Source: Sphingomonas sp. (lineage in GTDB: Bacteria; Pseudomonadota; Alphaproteobacteria; Sphingomonadales; Sphingomonadaceae). Taken from it: a stretch of 54,133 bases of DNA. Positions 1 through 8,477 of the stretch are shown here, piece by piece. The position numbers and the translations under genes were made by a program. Under the pieces are notes generated by a model. That model saw only the letters and a list, made by a program, of their open reading frames with translations. It made no database searches and was not told where the DNA came from. Where the stretch lies: contig JBDSED010000028.1 in the NCBI GenBank assembly GCA_039920225.1, forward strand, positions 1 through 54,133, written 5' to 3'. Numbering within the stretch: the first letter of the stretch is position 1; every line of letters begins with the position of its first letter.

Positions 1-929
1 AGTTCCTGCATATCGGCAGGCATTTCGCTTTCGAACGACAAAGCTTCTCTTGTGATGGGGTGGATGAACCCGAGAACCGCCGCATGCAATGCCTGGCGGC
101 GGAAATTCAGGGTTTCCAAATCCTTCCGATGAGCCTGTTTTGTTCTACCATAAACCGGGTCGCCAATCAAGGGGTGACCGATCGACGCCATGTGGACACG
201 CACCTGATGCGTACGGCCGGTTTCGAGCTTACACTCGACCAAAGCCGCGTCGCGCAGATTCCGAAGCGTGCGCCAGTGGGTAACCGCACGCTTGCCGTGC
301 TCGACGATCGCGATCTTCTTGCGGTCCTGCGAGCTGCGCGCGAGCGGCGCATCGACGGTGCCGGAAGTTTGCGAGAGTCGCCCATAGACGATTGCTTTGT
401 AGCGGCGGTCGATCGAATGGTCGGCGAATTGTTTGGCGAGCCCGACATGCGTGCGGTCGGTCTTGGCGGCGACCATCAGGCCCGAGGTATCCTTGTCGAT
501 ACGATGGACGATCCCCGGCCGCGCGACGCCGCCGATCCCCGACAGGCTGCCATCGCAATGATGAAGCAGCGCGTTGACCAGCGTGCCGTCGAGGTTGCCC
601 GCGGCAGGGTGCACCACCAAGCCTGCGGGTTTGTAGATCACGATAAGGTGTTCGTCCTCGAACGCGACGACCAGCGGAATGTCCTGTGCTTCGTTATGCG
701 CGGGCGTCGGATCGGGCACCGCGACCGACAGCACATCGCCCGCGACCGCCTTCTTCGCCGGATCGCGCAGCAGTGTGCCTGAGCGGTCGCTGACCGCGCC
801 CGACGAGATCAACGCTTTCACCCGCTCGCGCGACAGGGTCGGCACCGCGTCGGCCAACGCCCGGTCGAGCCGCCAGCCGTTGGCGGCTGCGGAAACCTGC
901 GCTTCGATGATGGAAACCCCCGAGACCAT
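1..929 (-). CDS. rluD: RluA/RluD-family 23S rRNA pseudouridine synthase (3' end runs off the window edge)
   Basis: Absent from the ORF track. My translation of the minus strand from ATG 929 gives MVSGVSIIEAQ..RLDRAL (S4-like), KPAGLVVHP, catalytic GIVHRIDKDTSGL and C-terminal RQALHAAVLGFIHP. Confidence 0.93.
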   Translation of the reverse strand, partial: MVSGVSIIEAQVSAAANGWRLDRALADAVPTLSRERVKALISSGAVSDRSGTLLRDPAKKAVAGDVLSVAVPDPTPAHNEAQDIPLVVAFEDEHLIVIYKPAGLVVHPAAGNLDGTLVNALLHHCDGSLSGIGGVARPGIVHRIDKDTSGLMVAAKTDRTHVGLAKQFADHSIDRRYKAIVYGRLSQTSGTVDAPLARSSQDRKKIAIVEHGKRAVTHWRTLRNLRDAALVECKLETGRTHQVRVHMASIGHPLIGDPVYGRTKQAHRKDLETLNFRRQALHAAVLGFIHPITREALSFESEMPADMQE

Positions 930-941
930 TCGTGTAAGGAA

Positions 942-1337
942 ATGGGAATGTTGTTGGAAATTTCAAGTGAGTTGCTCGACGCGATCCGGTCCGAGGCGGC
1001 AGCCAGCCCGGACGTGGAGGTGTGCGGGCTGTTGTTGGGTGAGGGGTTGCGGGTCGATCGGATCTCGACCTGCCGGAATGTTGCGGAGGAACGGGCGACG
1101 GCGTTCGAGATCGACCCGCAGGCGCTGATCGCCGCGCATAAAACGGCGAGAGGTGGTGGGCCGGCGGTGATCGGGCACTACCATTCGCATCCGACCGGCG
1201 AGCCTGAACCGTCGGCGCGCGATGCGGCGGCGGCGCGGGGCGGCGAGGTGTGGGTGATTGTTGCCCGGGGGGACGCGCAGGCATGGCTGGCCGCAGATAG
1301 AGGCTTTGAACACCTTCCCATCGGCCCGTCATCCTGA
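942..1337 (+). CDS. JAB/MPN (Mov34, M67) metalloisopeptidase-like protein
   Basis: EVCGLL and HYHSHP..PSARD JAMM motif. Divergent from rluD. Confidence 0.88.
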   Translation: MGMLLEISSELLDAIRSEAAASPDVEVCGLLLGEGLRVDRISTCRNVAEERATAFEIDPQALIAAHKTARGGGPAVIGHYHSHPTGEPEPSARDAAAARGGEVWVIVARGDAQAWLAADRGFEHLPIGPSS

Positions 1338-1415
1338 ACTTGTTTCAGGATCCACGTCGCCAATAACACTATCGTTTGTGGTGCGATGGATGCTGAAACA
1401 AGTTCAGCATGACGG
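1326..1415. repeat. Inverted doublet of CGTC-tagged REP-like palindromes
   Basis: ccgtcatcctgaacttgtttcaggatcca (1326-1354) matches the reverse complement of tggatgctgaaacaagttcagcatgacgg (1387-1415) at 27/29 positions. Each arm is itself a hairpin. Confidence 0.85.
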
Positions 1416-1488
1416 AGTGCAGGGCACGGCTTGCACCTTTGCATCCGCCTCGCCACAAGCGAGGCAACAAAATGAAAGAAACGCCCAC

Positions 1489-2133
1489 ATGACCATCACA
1501 CCGGTCGAATTCGCCAGCCTGCTCTGTTCGCGCTTGTGCCACGACTTGCTGTCGCCGGTCGGCGCGCTCAACAACGGGCTCGAGTTGCTCGCCGACGAGC
1601 ATGACCCGGAAATGCGCGCGCGGTGCCTCGATCTGCTGAACGAAAGCGCACGGGCATCGGCCAACAAGCTCAAGTTCTTTCGGCTCGCGTTCGGTGCGGC
1701 GGGAGGGTTTGGCGAGACGGTCGATACGCGCGAAGCGCGCGCGGCGATCGAAGGGCTATTCGGCGAAAGCGGCAAGGTCACGATCGGCTGGCTGATCGAG
1801 GAGGGCGCGCTGCCCAAGCCCGCGGTCAAGGTGTTGCTCAACCTCGCGCTGATCGCGGGTGACGCGCTGGTCCGTGGCGGCCAACTCGACATCGGAGCGG
1901 AGGAGAATGCCGGCAAGGTCGAGATCGTGGTGCGCGCCGAAGGGCCGCGGCTGGTGCTCGACCAGGAATTGCGCTCGACCCTGCTCGGCGATCTGGGCGA
2001 GGAAGGCGTGACGCCGCGTGGCGCTGCGGCCTATCTGGTGCACTCGCTGGTCAGCGCGGGCAACGGCACCGTCCAGATTTCGGAACCAGACTCACCTATC
2101 CTGCTGTTCGGCGTGACAATTCACGCCGGGTAA
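1489..2133 (+). CDS. chpT: Histidine phosphotransferase ChpT
   Basis: ASLLCSRLCHDLLSPVGALNNGLELL and KLKFFRLAFG signatures. Start placed at ATG 1489. Confidence 0.92.
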   Translation: MTITPVEFASLLCSRLCHDLLSPVGALNNGLELLADEHDPEMRARCLDLLNESARASANKLKFFRLAFGAAGGFGETVDTREARAAIEGLFGESGKVTIGWLIEEGALPKPAVKVLLNLALIAGDALVRGGQLDIGAEENAGKVEIVVRAEGPRLVLDQELRSTLLGDLGEEGVTPRGAAAYLVHSLVSAGNGTVQISEPDSPILLFGVTIHAG

Positions 2134-2147
2134 ACGTCTCCTTTACC
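2129..2147. promoter_or_regulatory. Inverted repeat GGTAAA-N7-TTTACC, possible degenerate CtrA-type box upstream of cheA
   Basis: ggtaaa cgtctcc tttacc; spacing matches TTAA-N7-TTAA with one mismatch per half. Confidence 0.35.
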
Positions 2148-2190
2148 AGTCGTCGGCCAAGGTCCGCCCAAGCGCTAAGCCCGGGGACCC

Positions 2191-4497
2191 ATGGACGACC
2201 TGCTCCAGGAATTCATTGCCGAAACGCGCGAGACGCTCGAAGCGCTCTCGGGTGAGATCGTCGCGTGGGAGTCTTCACCAGACGATCGCGGCCGGCTCGA
2301 TGCGATTTTCCGCTTCGTCCACACCGTCAAAGGAAGCTGCGGCTTCCTCGATTTGCCACGCCTCGCGAGGTTGAGCCATGCCGCCGAGGACGTGCTGGCC
2401 GCGGTGCGGTCGGGCGAACGCACGCCCGATGCCCAGCTTGTCACCGCGGTGCTCGCGATCGTCGATCGCATCGGCGAGATTGTCGAGGCGATCGACGCCG
2501 GCACTGCGCTCGCCGATACGGGCGAAGAATTGTTGATCGCCGCGCTCGATGCCAGCGCTGAAGCGGTCGCACCCGTTGCGCAACAAGCGCCGACCAATCA
2601 GCGCGTCGCGACGCGCAGCGTGCGGCTTTCCACCGAATTGCTCGACCGCATGATGAGCGGCATGTCCGACATGGTGCTGGCGCGCAACGAGCTCGCACGG
2701 CGCATGCGCGACAGCCAAGCCGATCCCGCGATCGAGGCGGCGCTCGACCGTCTGTCGCTGACCGTCGCCGAAATGCGCGACACCGTCACGCGGACGCGCA
2801 TGCAAAAGGTCGACGCGCTGTTCTCCGCGCTTCCGCGCATGGTCCGCGACACCGCGGCCGAGGTCGGCAAGTCGGTCCAGCTCGTGATCGAGGGCGCCGA
2901 CGTCGAACTCGACCGCGAGATGATCGAGATGATGCGCGACCCGCTGGTCCATATCATCCGCAACTCGATAGACCACGGGATAGAAGGTAACGAAGAACGG
3001 CGCGCCGCGGGCAAGCGCGAGGTCGGCCGGTTGGTCGTTTCCGCGCGGCAATCGGGCAATCAGATCATTATCGAAATCGCCGACGACGGGCGCGGCATCG
3101 ACACCGACCGGCTGGTGCGCAAACTGACCGCGTCGGGAGAAGCGCGCGGCCGCGACCTGTCGGCGCTCAGCGAACGCGCCAAGCTCGACCTGATTTTCGA
3201 GCCGGGCCTGTCGACCAAGGACGAGGTCACCGCGATTTCCGGCCGCGGCGTCGGGATGGACGTGGTGCGCGCCAATATCGAGCAGATCGGCGGGCGTATC
3301 GAACTCGTCAATGCCCTCGGCCGGGGGTTGCGCATCCTGATCCACGTGCCGTTGACCTTGTCGATCATCCCGGCGATCGTCATCGGCATCGCCGGTCAAC
3401 GCTTTGCGGTCACGCGCCAGGCAATCGAAGAAATCGTTCACGTCGGCGGCGAGGCGATCCGCATCGACTTGCTTGGCGATACCGCCGCGGCGACCGTCCG
3501 CGACCGGCGCATGCCGCTGGTCGATCTGGGCGCGCTGTTGGGATTGGCTCCGGCCAAGCCCGGCGCTGCCGATATGCTCGCGATCATCAGCGCTAGCGGC
3601 GGCAGCTTTGCGGTCGCGGTCGATTCGGTGCTCGATCATGAGGAACTTGTCATCAAGCCGGCGTCGCCAGCAGTGATGGCGGCCGGCATATATGCCGGCC
3701 AGACGCTTCCCGACAGCGGGTCGCCGATGCTGTTGCTCGATTGCGCGGGCATCGCCGCCGAGGCGGGGATCAATTTCACGCGCGACGCGGTGATCGAGGA
3801 TGACGAGCCAGAAGAAACCGTTGCGCCGACCGTCGATGCGTTGCTGTTCGAGGATCTCGACGGGCGGCGCCGCGCGGTGCCGCTGGCGATCATCGACCGC
3901 GTCGAGACGGTGCCGGCCGACACCGCGCGGTTCAGCGGCGGGCGGATGCGGTTGCTGGTCGACGGGCGGATCATTCCGCTGGCGTCGCTCGGCGACATTG
4001 CGGGCCGGCCCAGCCTTGCCGTGCTCCGGATCAAGGATGGCGAGTCGGAAGTGGCCTATGCGATCGCCGAGCCGGTCGACATCGTCGCGATACCCGCCGA
4101 CATCGTGCCTTCCGCGCAGCCCGGGCCGATCCTGGGCGTCGTCATGATCGACGACGAGCAGATCGAGCTGATCGATCCGCAATGGCTACTCGGCCCCGAC
4201 AGCGGTGACGCGGCCCAGCCCGGCGCACCATTGTGCCTGATCGACGGCCAGGGCGACGGCTGGATCGCGACGTTCCTGAAACCCGTGCTCGAGGCGGCCG
4301 GTTATCGTGTTGCGACCAAGGCGGATGCTGGCGAGCAACCCGCGGTGATCCTCACCACGGACGACATTGGCCGTCGCGACGATCGCGTCGTGCGGCTGAG
4401 CAACGATCGCCGCGATATCGGATCGACCGATCGGGTATATCGCTACGACCGCGCCGGGCTGCTCGCCGCGGTCGCCAAACGGGTGGAGGCGGCATGA
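2191..4497 (+). CDS. cheA: Chemotaxis histidine kinase CheA (Hpt, dimerization, HATPase, two CheW-like domains, degenerate C-terminal receiver-like tail)
   Basis: FRFVHTVKG (Hpt His), HIIRNSIDHGIE, DDGRG, SGRGVGMDVV. Confidence 0.95.
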   Translation: MDDLLQEFIAETRETLEALSGEIVAWESSPDDRGRLDAIFRFVHTVKGSCGFLDLPRLARLSHAAEDVLAAVRSGERTPDAQLVTAVLAIVDRIGEIVEAIDAGTALADTGEELLIAALDASAEAVAPVAQQAPTNQRVATRSVRLSTELLDRMMSGMSDMVLARNELARRMRDSQADPAIEAALDRLSLTVAEMRDTVTRTRMQKVDALFSALPRMVRDTAAEVGKSVQLVIEGADVELDREMIEMMRDPLVHIIRNSIDHGIEGNEERRAAGKREVGRLVVSARQSGNQIIIEIADDGRGIDTDRLVRKLTASGEARGRDLSALSERAKLDLIFEPGLSTKDEVTAISGRGVGMDVVRANIEQIGGRIELVNALGRGLRILIHVPLTLSIIPAIVIGIAGQRFAVTRQAIEEIVHVGGEAIRIDLLGDTAAATVRDRRMPLVDLGALLGLAPAKPGAADMLAIISASGGSFAVAVDSVLDHEELVIKPASPAVMAAGIYAGQTLPDSGSPMLLLDCAGIAAEAGINFTRDAVIEDDEPEETVAPTVDALLFEDLDGRRRAVPLAIIDRVETVPADTARFSGGRMRLLVDGRIIPLASLGDIAGRPSLAVLRIKDGESEVAYAIAEPVDIVAIPADIVPSAQPGPILGVVMIDDEQIELIDPQWLLGPDSGDAAQPGAPLCLIDGQGDGWIATFLKPVLEAAGYRVATKADAGEQPAVILTTDDIGRRDDRVVRLSNDRRDIGSTDRVYRYDRAGLLAAVAKRVEAA

Positions 4498-4934
4498 GCG
4501 AGCAGCTGTTCCTGATCGCGCACATCGCCGGCCGCGGCGTCGCGATCGATTCGGCGCAAGTCGAATCGGTGGTCGATATCGGCTACGTCACCCCGACGCC
4601 GCGCGTCGCCAAGCACATCCGTGGCCTCGCCGCACTGCGAAGCCGCGTGGTGACGGTGATCGACACGCACGCGGCGCTCGGCCTGCCGCCAATGGGAATC
4701 GCCGGATCGCGCGCGGTCATCACCGTGATCGACGGACATCATTACGCCGTGCTGGTTGATTCGTTGGAGGACGTCGCACCCTTTGAATCATCGCCGCTGC
4801 CCTCGGGCATCGTGCTCGACGCCGGGTGGCGCCGCGCCGGCTGCGGCGAGATCGAGCGCGACGGCGAGCCGATTCTGGCGATCGACCTGACCGCGTTGAT
4901 CAACTGCCCGGGCGACGCCGTGACGGTCAATTAA
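4494..4934 (+). CDS. cheW: CheW adaptor
   Basis: ATG overlaps the cheA stop (ATGA). TPTPRVAKHIRGLAALRSRVVTVID. Confidence 0.9.
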   Translation: MSEQLFLIAHIAGRGVAIDSAQVESVVDIGYVTPTPRVAKHIRGLAALRSRVVTVIDTHAALGLPPMGIAGSRAVITVIDGHHYAVLVDSLEDVAPFESSPLPSGIVLDAGWRRAGCGEIERDGEPILAIDLTALINCPGDAVTVN

Positions 4935-4997
4935 CCCGCTGATCATCACTTGCGGCTAAGTTGCTGAGCAGGGCCAAGTAACGGGGTTTTTGCCGTC

Positions 4998-5363
4998 ATG
5001 AAGACGTGTCTGGTTGTCGACGATTCAAAGGTGATCCGCAAGGTCGCCCGTCATATTCTTGAAACGCTCAATTTCGAGGTGAGCGAAGCCGCCGACGGAC
5101 GCGAAGCGCTCGACAGCTGCCTGTCTTCGGTGCCCGACGTGATCCTGCTCGACTGGAACATGCCGGTGATGAGCGGGATGGATTTCCTGCGCGCGCTACG
5201 CGACACCGCGCTCGCCAGCCGCCCCAAAGTGGTGTTCTGCACGACCGAGAACGGCATGGCCTATATCCGCGCCGCCATCGACGCCGGCGCCGACGAATAT
5301 GTCATGAAGCCGTTCGACCGCGAGACGCTCGAGAGTAAGCTCCAGATCGTCGGTATGGCCTGA
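4998..5363 (+). CDS. cheY: CheY-like single-domain response regulator
   Basis: LVVDDS, LLDWNMP, T, KPF receiver motifs, inside the che cluster. Confidence 0.9.
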   Translation: MKTCLVVDDSKVIRKVARHILETLNFEVSEAADGREALDSCLSSVPDVILLDWNMPVMSGMDFLRALRDTALASRPKVVFCTTENGMAYIRAAIDAGADEYVMKPFDRETLESKLQIVGMA

Positions 5364-5379
5364 ATTCGGCGTTGCCGAG

Positions 5380-6435
5380 GTGGCCATGCCAGTCCCTGAC
5401 CCACAAGAGTTCGATGCGCCGCCGTCGGTCCTGATCGTCGACGATTCGGTCGTCGCGCGGGCGGTGATGGCGCGCGCGATCGACGGCGCGGGGGTGTTCA
5501 TCGTTGCGGGCGCCGTATCCGATGCCTACGCGGCGCAAGACTTTCTCGCCCGGCACCGCGTCGACGTGATCGTCCTCGATATCGAGATGCCCGGCGTCGA
5601 CGGGCTGACCGCGCTGCCCGATCTGATCGCGGCGGGGCAGGGCGCGCGCGTGCTGATCGTGTCGTCGGCGTGCGGCGACGGCGCGGCGAGCACAGTGCAG
5701 GCGCTCGCGCTCGGTGCTGCCGACACGTTGGTCAAGCCCGATGTCGGGGCGTTTGCTGGGCGTTTCGCCGACCTTCTCAACGAAAAGATCGCGCGCCTCG
5801 TTGAAAACGACGAGATCGTCGTGCCGCGCACGCCCGCCGCCTCCATTTCGCCCGGTGACGATTTCGACATCGTGGCGATCGGCGCGTCGACCGGGGGCAT
5901 CCACGCGCTCAGCCTGTTGCTGCGCTCGCTGCCGGCCGAATTCCGGCTGCCGATCCTGATTACCCAGCATTTGCCCGACTCGTTCATGCCCTATTTCGCG
6001 GCGCAAGTGGCGGTGCTCGCCAACCGGCCGTGCGAGGTGGCGGAAGACCATGCCCGAATCCGCCCCGGCCGCATCCTGATCGCGCCCGGCCGCGCGCACC
6101 TGCGCTGTGTGTCGATCGGCGACGGCACAGCGGTGCGGCTGTCGACGACACCCGCACCGAGCGGCTGTCTGCCCTCTGTCGATCCAATGTTCGAATCGGT
6201 GTCGGCGACCTATGGCGATCGCGCGCTTGGCGTCGTGCTGAGCGGGATGGGCCGCGACGGCGCGATCGGCGCGGCGAGCCTCGCTACGGCGGGCGGGTGC
6301 GTCGTGGTGCAGGATCGCGCTTCGTCGGTGATCTGGGGCATGCCCGGCGCAGTCGCGGCGGGCGGCATCGCCGACGCCATCCTGCCGCCAGAAGAGATCG
6401 GCCAACTCATTGCGCGCCGGCGCCGGCCATGCTGA
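5380..6435 (+). CDS. cheB: Chemotaxis methylesterase CheB
   Basis: Receiver domain plus GASTGG, TQHLP and LSGMGRDG catalytic triad motifs. Confidence 0.93.
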   Translation: MAMPVPDPQEFDAPPSVLIVDDSVVARAVMARAIDGAGVFIVAGAVSDAYAAQDFLARHRVDVIVLDIEMPGVDGLTALPDLIAAGQGARVLIVSSACGDGAASTVQALALGAADTLVKPDVGAFAGRFADLLNEKIARLVENDEIVVPRTPAASISPGDDFDIVAIGASTGGIHALSLLLRSLPAEFRLPILITQHLPDSFMPYFAAQVAVLANRPCEVAEDHARIRPGRILIAPGRAHLRCVSIGDGTAVRLSTTPAPSGCLPSVDPMFESVSATYGDRALGVVLSGMGRDGAIGAASLATAGGCVVVQDRASSVIWGMPGAVAAGGIADAILPPEEIGQLIARRRRPC

Positions 6436-7247
6436 TCCCGCGCTCTGGCAACCCGACCGGCGAGTTCGTCGCTCTGCTCGAAGCGCGGACCGGCCAGCAG
6501 ATCGACGCCAACCGCCGTTGGCGAATCGAGACGGCACTCAAGCCCTCGATGCGCGATACCGGGCACGATTGTCTCGAAGCCTTGGCGGCCGCGGTCCGCG
6601 CCGACCGCAACGGCCCGTTGGCCGATCGCGTCGTCGATGAGTTGCTCAACCAGGAAAGCTCGTTCTTCCGTGATGCCCCGGTGTTCGACGCCGTGGCCGA
6701 AGCCATCTCGGCGGTACCGGCGGGGCGGCGCGCGCGGATTTGGTCGGCGGGCTGCTCGACCGGGCAAGAGCCGCTCAGCCTCGCGATGATGTTCGCCGAA
6801 AAGTTGGATGACCACATGCCCGAAATCGTCGCGACCGACGTGTCGGAGGCTGCGCTCAGCCGCGCCAAGGCTGGGCGCTACACCCAGTTCGAAATCCAGC
6901 GCGGACTGCCGATCCGTCGCATGATGCAATGGTTCGACACGGTCGACGGCGAATGGGTCGCGCACCCTGGGCTGACCCGGATGGTGTCGTTCCGCCGCAT
7001 GAACCTGGTCGCCGATCCGTTGCCGATCGGACGGTTCGACGTGATTATGTGCCGCAACGTGCTGCTCTACTTTTCGCTCGACCTGCGTCGCAAGGTGCTG
7101 GCGCGGCTGGCGCAAGTGCTACGGCCCGACGGCGTGCTGGTGCTCGGCGCCGGCGAAACGGTGATTGGCCAGACCGACGCGTTCCGCCCGAGCCAGCGCT
7201 ATCGCGGCCTATACGAATCCGTTATCGCGACGGCCGCGGCGGCCTGA
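6429..7247 (+). CDS. cheR: Chemotaxis methyltransferase CheR
   Basis: NQESSFFRD, RIWSAGCSTGQEPLS, FDVIMCRNVLLYF. Start placed at ATG 6429. Confidence 0.93.
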   Translation: MLIPRSGNPTGEFVALLEARTGQQIDANRRWRIETALKPSMRDTGHDCLEALAAAVRADRNGPLADRVVDELLNQESSFFRDAPVFDAVAEAISAVPAGRRARIWSAGCSTGQEPLSLAMMFAEKLDDHMPEIVATDVSEAALSRAKAGRYTQFEIQRGLPIRRMMQWFDTVDGEWVAHPGLTRMVSFRRMNLVADPLPIGRFDVIMCRNVLLYFSLDLRRKVLARLAQVLRPDGVLVLGAGETVIGQTDAFRPSQRYRGLYESVIATAAAA

Positions 7248-7285
7248 GGTTTACTTTACGCGCCGATCGCCGCAATTCTGAACGC

Positions 7286-7975
7286 GTGAGCATCGTCGAG
7301 ACCTCGTCGCCGAATTTCAACGAGCGGCAGCTGCCGGTCACGATGATCGTGCTGCACTATACCGGCATGGAAAGCGCAGCGGAGGCACTGGCGCGGCTGA
7401 CCGATCCCGCGGCGGAGGTGTCGGCACACTATCTGATAGACGAGGACGGCACGGTCCACGCTTTGGTGCCCGAGGACAAGCGCGCGTGGCATGCCGGCCC
7501 CTCGCACTGGCGCGGAATCACCGACGTCAATTCGGCGTCGGTCGGGATCGAACTGGTCAATCCGGGACACGAATTCGGCTATCGCGACTTTCCCGATGCC
7601 CAGATCGACGCGCTGATCCCGCTGATGGACGAGATCAAGCAGCGCCACGGCATCACCCGCGGCAACATCGTCGGCCATTCGGATATCGCCCCGACGCGCA
7701 AGCAGGATCCGGGCGAGTTGTTTCCGTGGTGGAAGCTCGCGAAACTTCGCCTCGCGATGCCGCGCCCGACCAAGAATTTGATGGACCCGCTCTGGACCGA
7801 CGCCGGGTTCCTGCTCGCGCTCGAGCGGTTCGGGTACGAGGTGACCGACAAGCTCGCCGCGGTCGTTGCCTTCCAGCGCCGCTTTCGCCCCGAACTGATC
7901 GACGGCGAGATCGACGGCGAGTGCCGCAGCCTTCTGCTCGCACTGCTGCTTCCCAAACCGCAAGGCGACGCGTAA
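7286..7975 (+). CDS. N-acetylmuramoyl-L-alanine amidase (Amidase_2, AmpD/AmiD-like) with a C-terminal peptidoglycan-binding-like segment
   Basis: SPNFNER, IVLHYTGM, VSAHY, RAWHAG, GHSDIAPTRKQDPG. Start placed at GTG 7286. Confidence 0.9.
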   Translation: MSIVETSSPNFNERQLPVTMIVLHYTGMESAAEALARLTDPAAEVSAHYLIDEDGTVHALVPEDKRAWHAGPSHWRGITDVNSASVGIELVNPGHEFGYRDFPDAQIDALIPLMDEIKQRHGITRGNIVGHSDIAPTRKQDPGELFPWWKLAKLRLAMPRPTKNLMDPLWTDAGFLLALERFGYEVTDKLAAVVAFQRRFRPELIDGEIDGECRSLLLALLLPKPQGDA

Positions 7976-7985
7976 GGCGCTTGTC

Positions 7986-8358
7986 GCCAGAGGGTCGGGC
8001 GGCCGCGTCGTGCTTGCACGCCGAGGAAAGTCCGGGCTCCGCGGAACGACGGTGGCGGGTAACGCCCGCCGGGGGTGACCCCAGGGAAAGTGCCACAGAG
8101 AGCAGGTCGCCGGCTTCCGCCGGTAAGAGTGAAAGGGTGCGGTAAGAGCGCACCGCGTGGCTGGTAACAGTCGCGGCATGGCAAACCCCACCGGGAGCAA
8201 AACCGAATAGGGGCGGCATTTGGGCTTCGTTTCAGCTCGTCGCCCGGGTTGGTTGCTGGAGGCGGCGCGCAAGCGTCGTCCTAGAGGAATGGTCGCCCAT
8301 CGCCGCCCGAGATTTTCTTGGGGGGCGTGGACAGAACCCGGCTTACAGATCCTCTGGC
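7986..8358 (+). ncRNA. rnpB: RNase P RNA (bacterial type A)
   Basis: GAGGAAAGTCCGGGCTCC near the 5' end, GGAAAGTGCCACAGA, and ACAGAACCCGGCTTA near the 3' end. The termini gccagagg/cctctggc pair as P1. Confidence 0.96.
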
Positions 8359-8477
8359 GCTCGTGCGCCGCGATTAGCGAGAGCTAATCGCGGTTGCGCG
8401 CGGCGCCGCACGAGCCCGGCCGGCGTCGCGCCACGAGGACCGACGGCATGCGATTTACTCACATGCCGCTAAGCCTA
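8359..8477 (+). repeat. Structured intergenic repeat, copy 1
   Basis: Multi-hairpin element. Core 8413-8445 is 30/33 identical to 54034-54066. Confidence 0.75.

Noticed and set aside
60-782. 240-aa plus-strand ORF
   Set aside because: Antisense shadow of rluD, which has clear catalytic motifs on the minus strand.
1258-1488. N-terminal extension of ChpT in the ORF track
   Set aside because: It reads through the REP doublet; the ChpT-like sequence begins at ATG 1489.
2275-4182. Long antisense ORFs (also 19939-21453, 44086-45381, 8394-9434, 31767-32804)
   Set aside because: Expected stop-poor shadows of GC-rich coding genes, with no recognisable motifs.
7256-8272. ORFs overlapping rnpB
   Set aside because: The region is explained by the amidase gene and the RNase P RNA.
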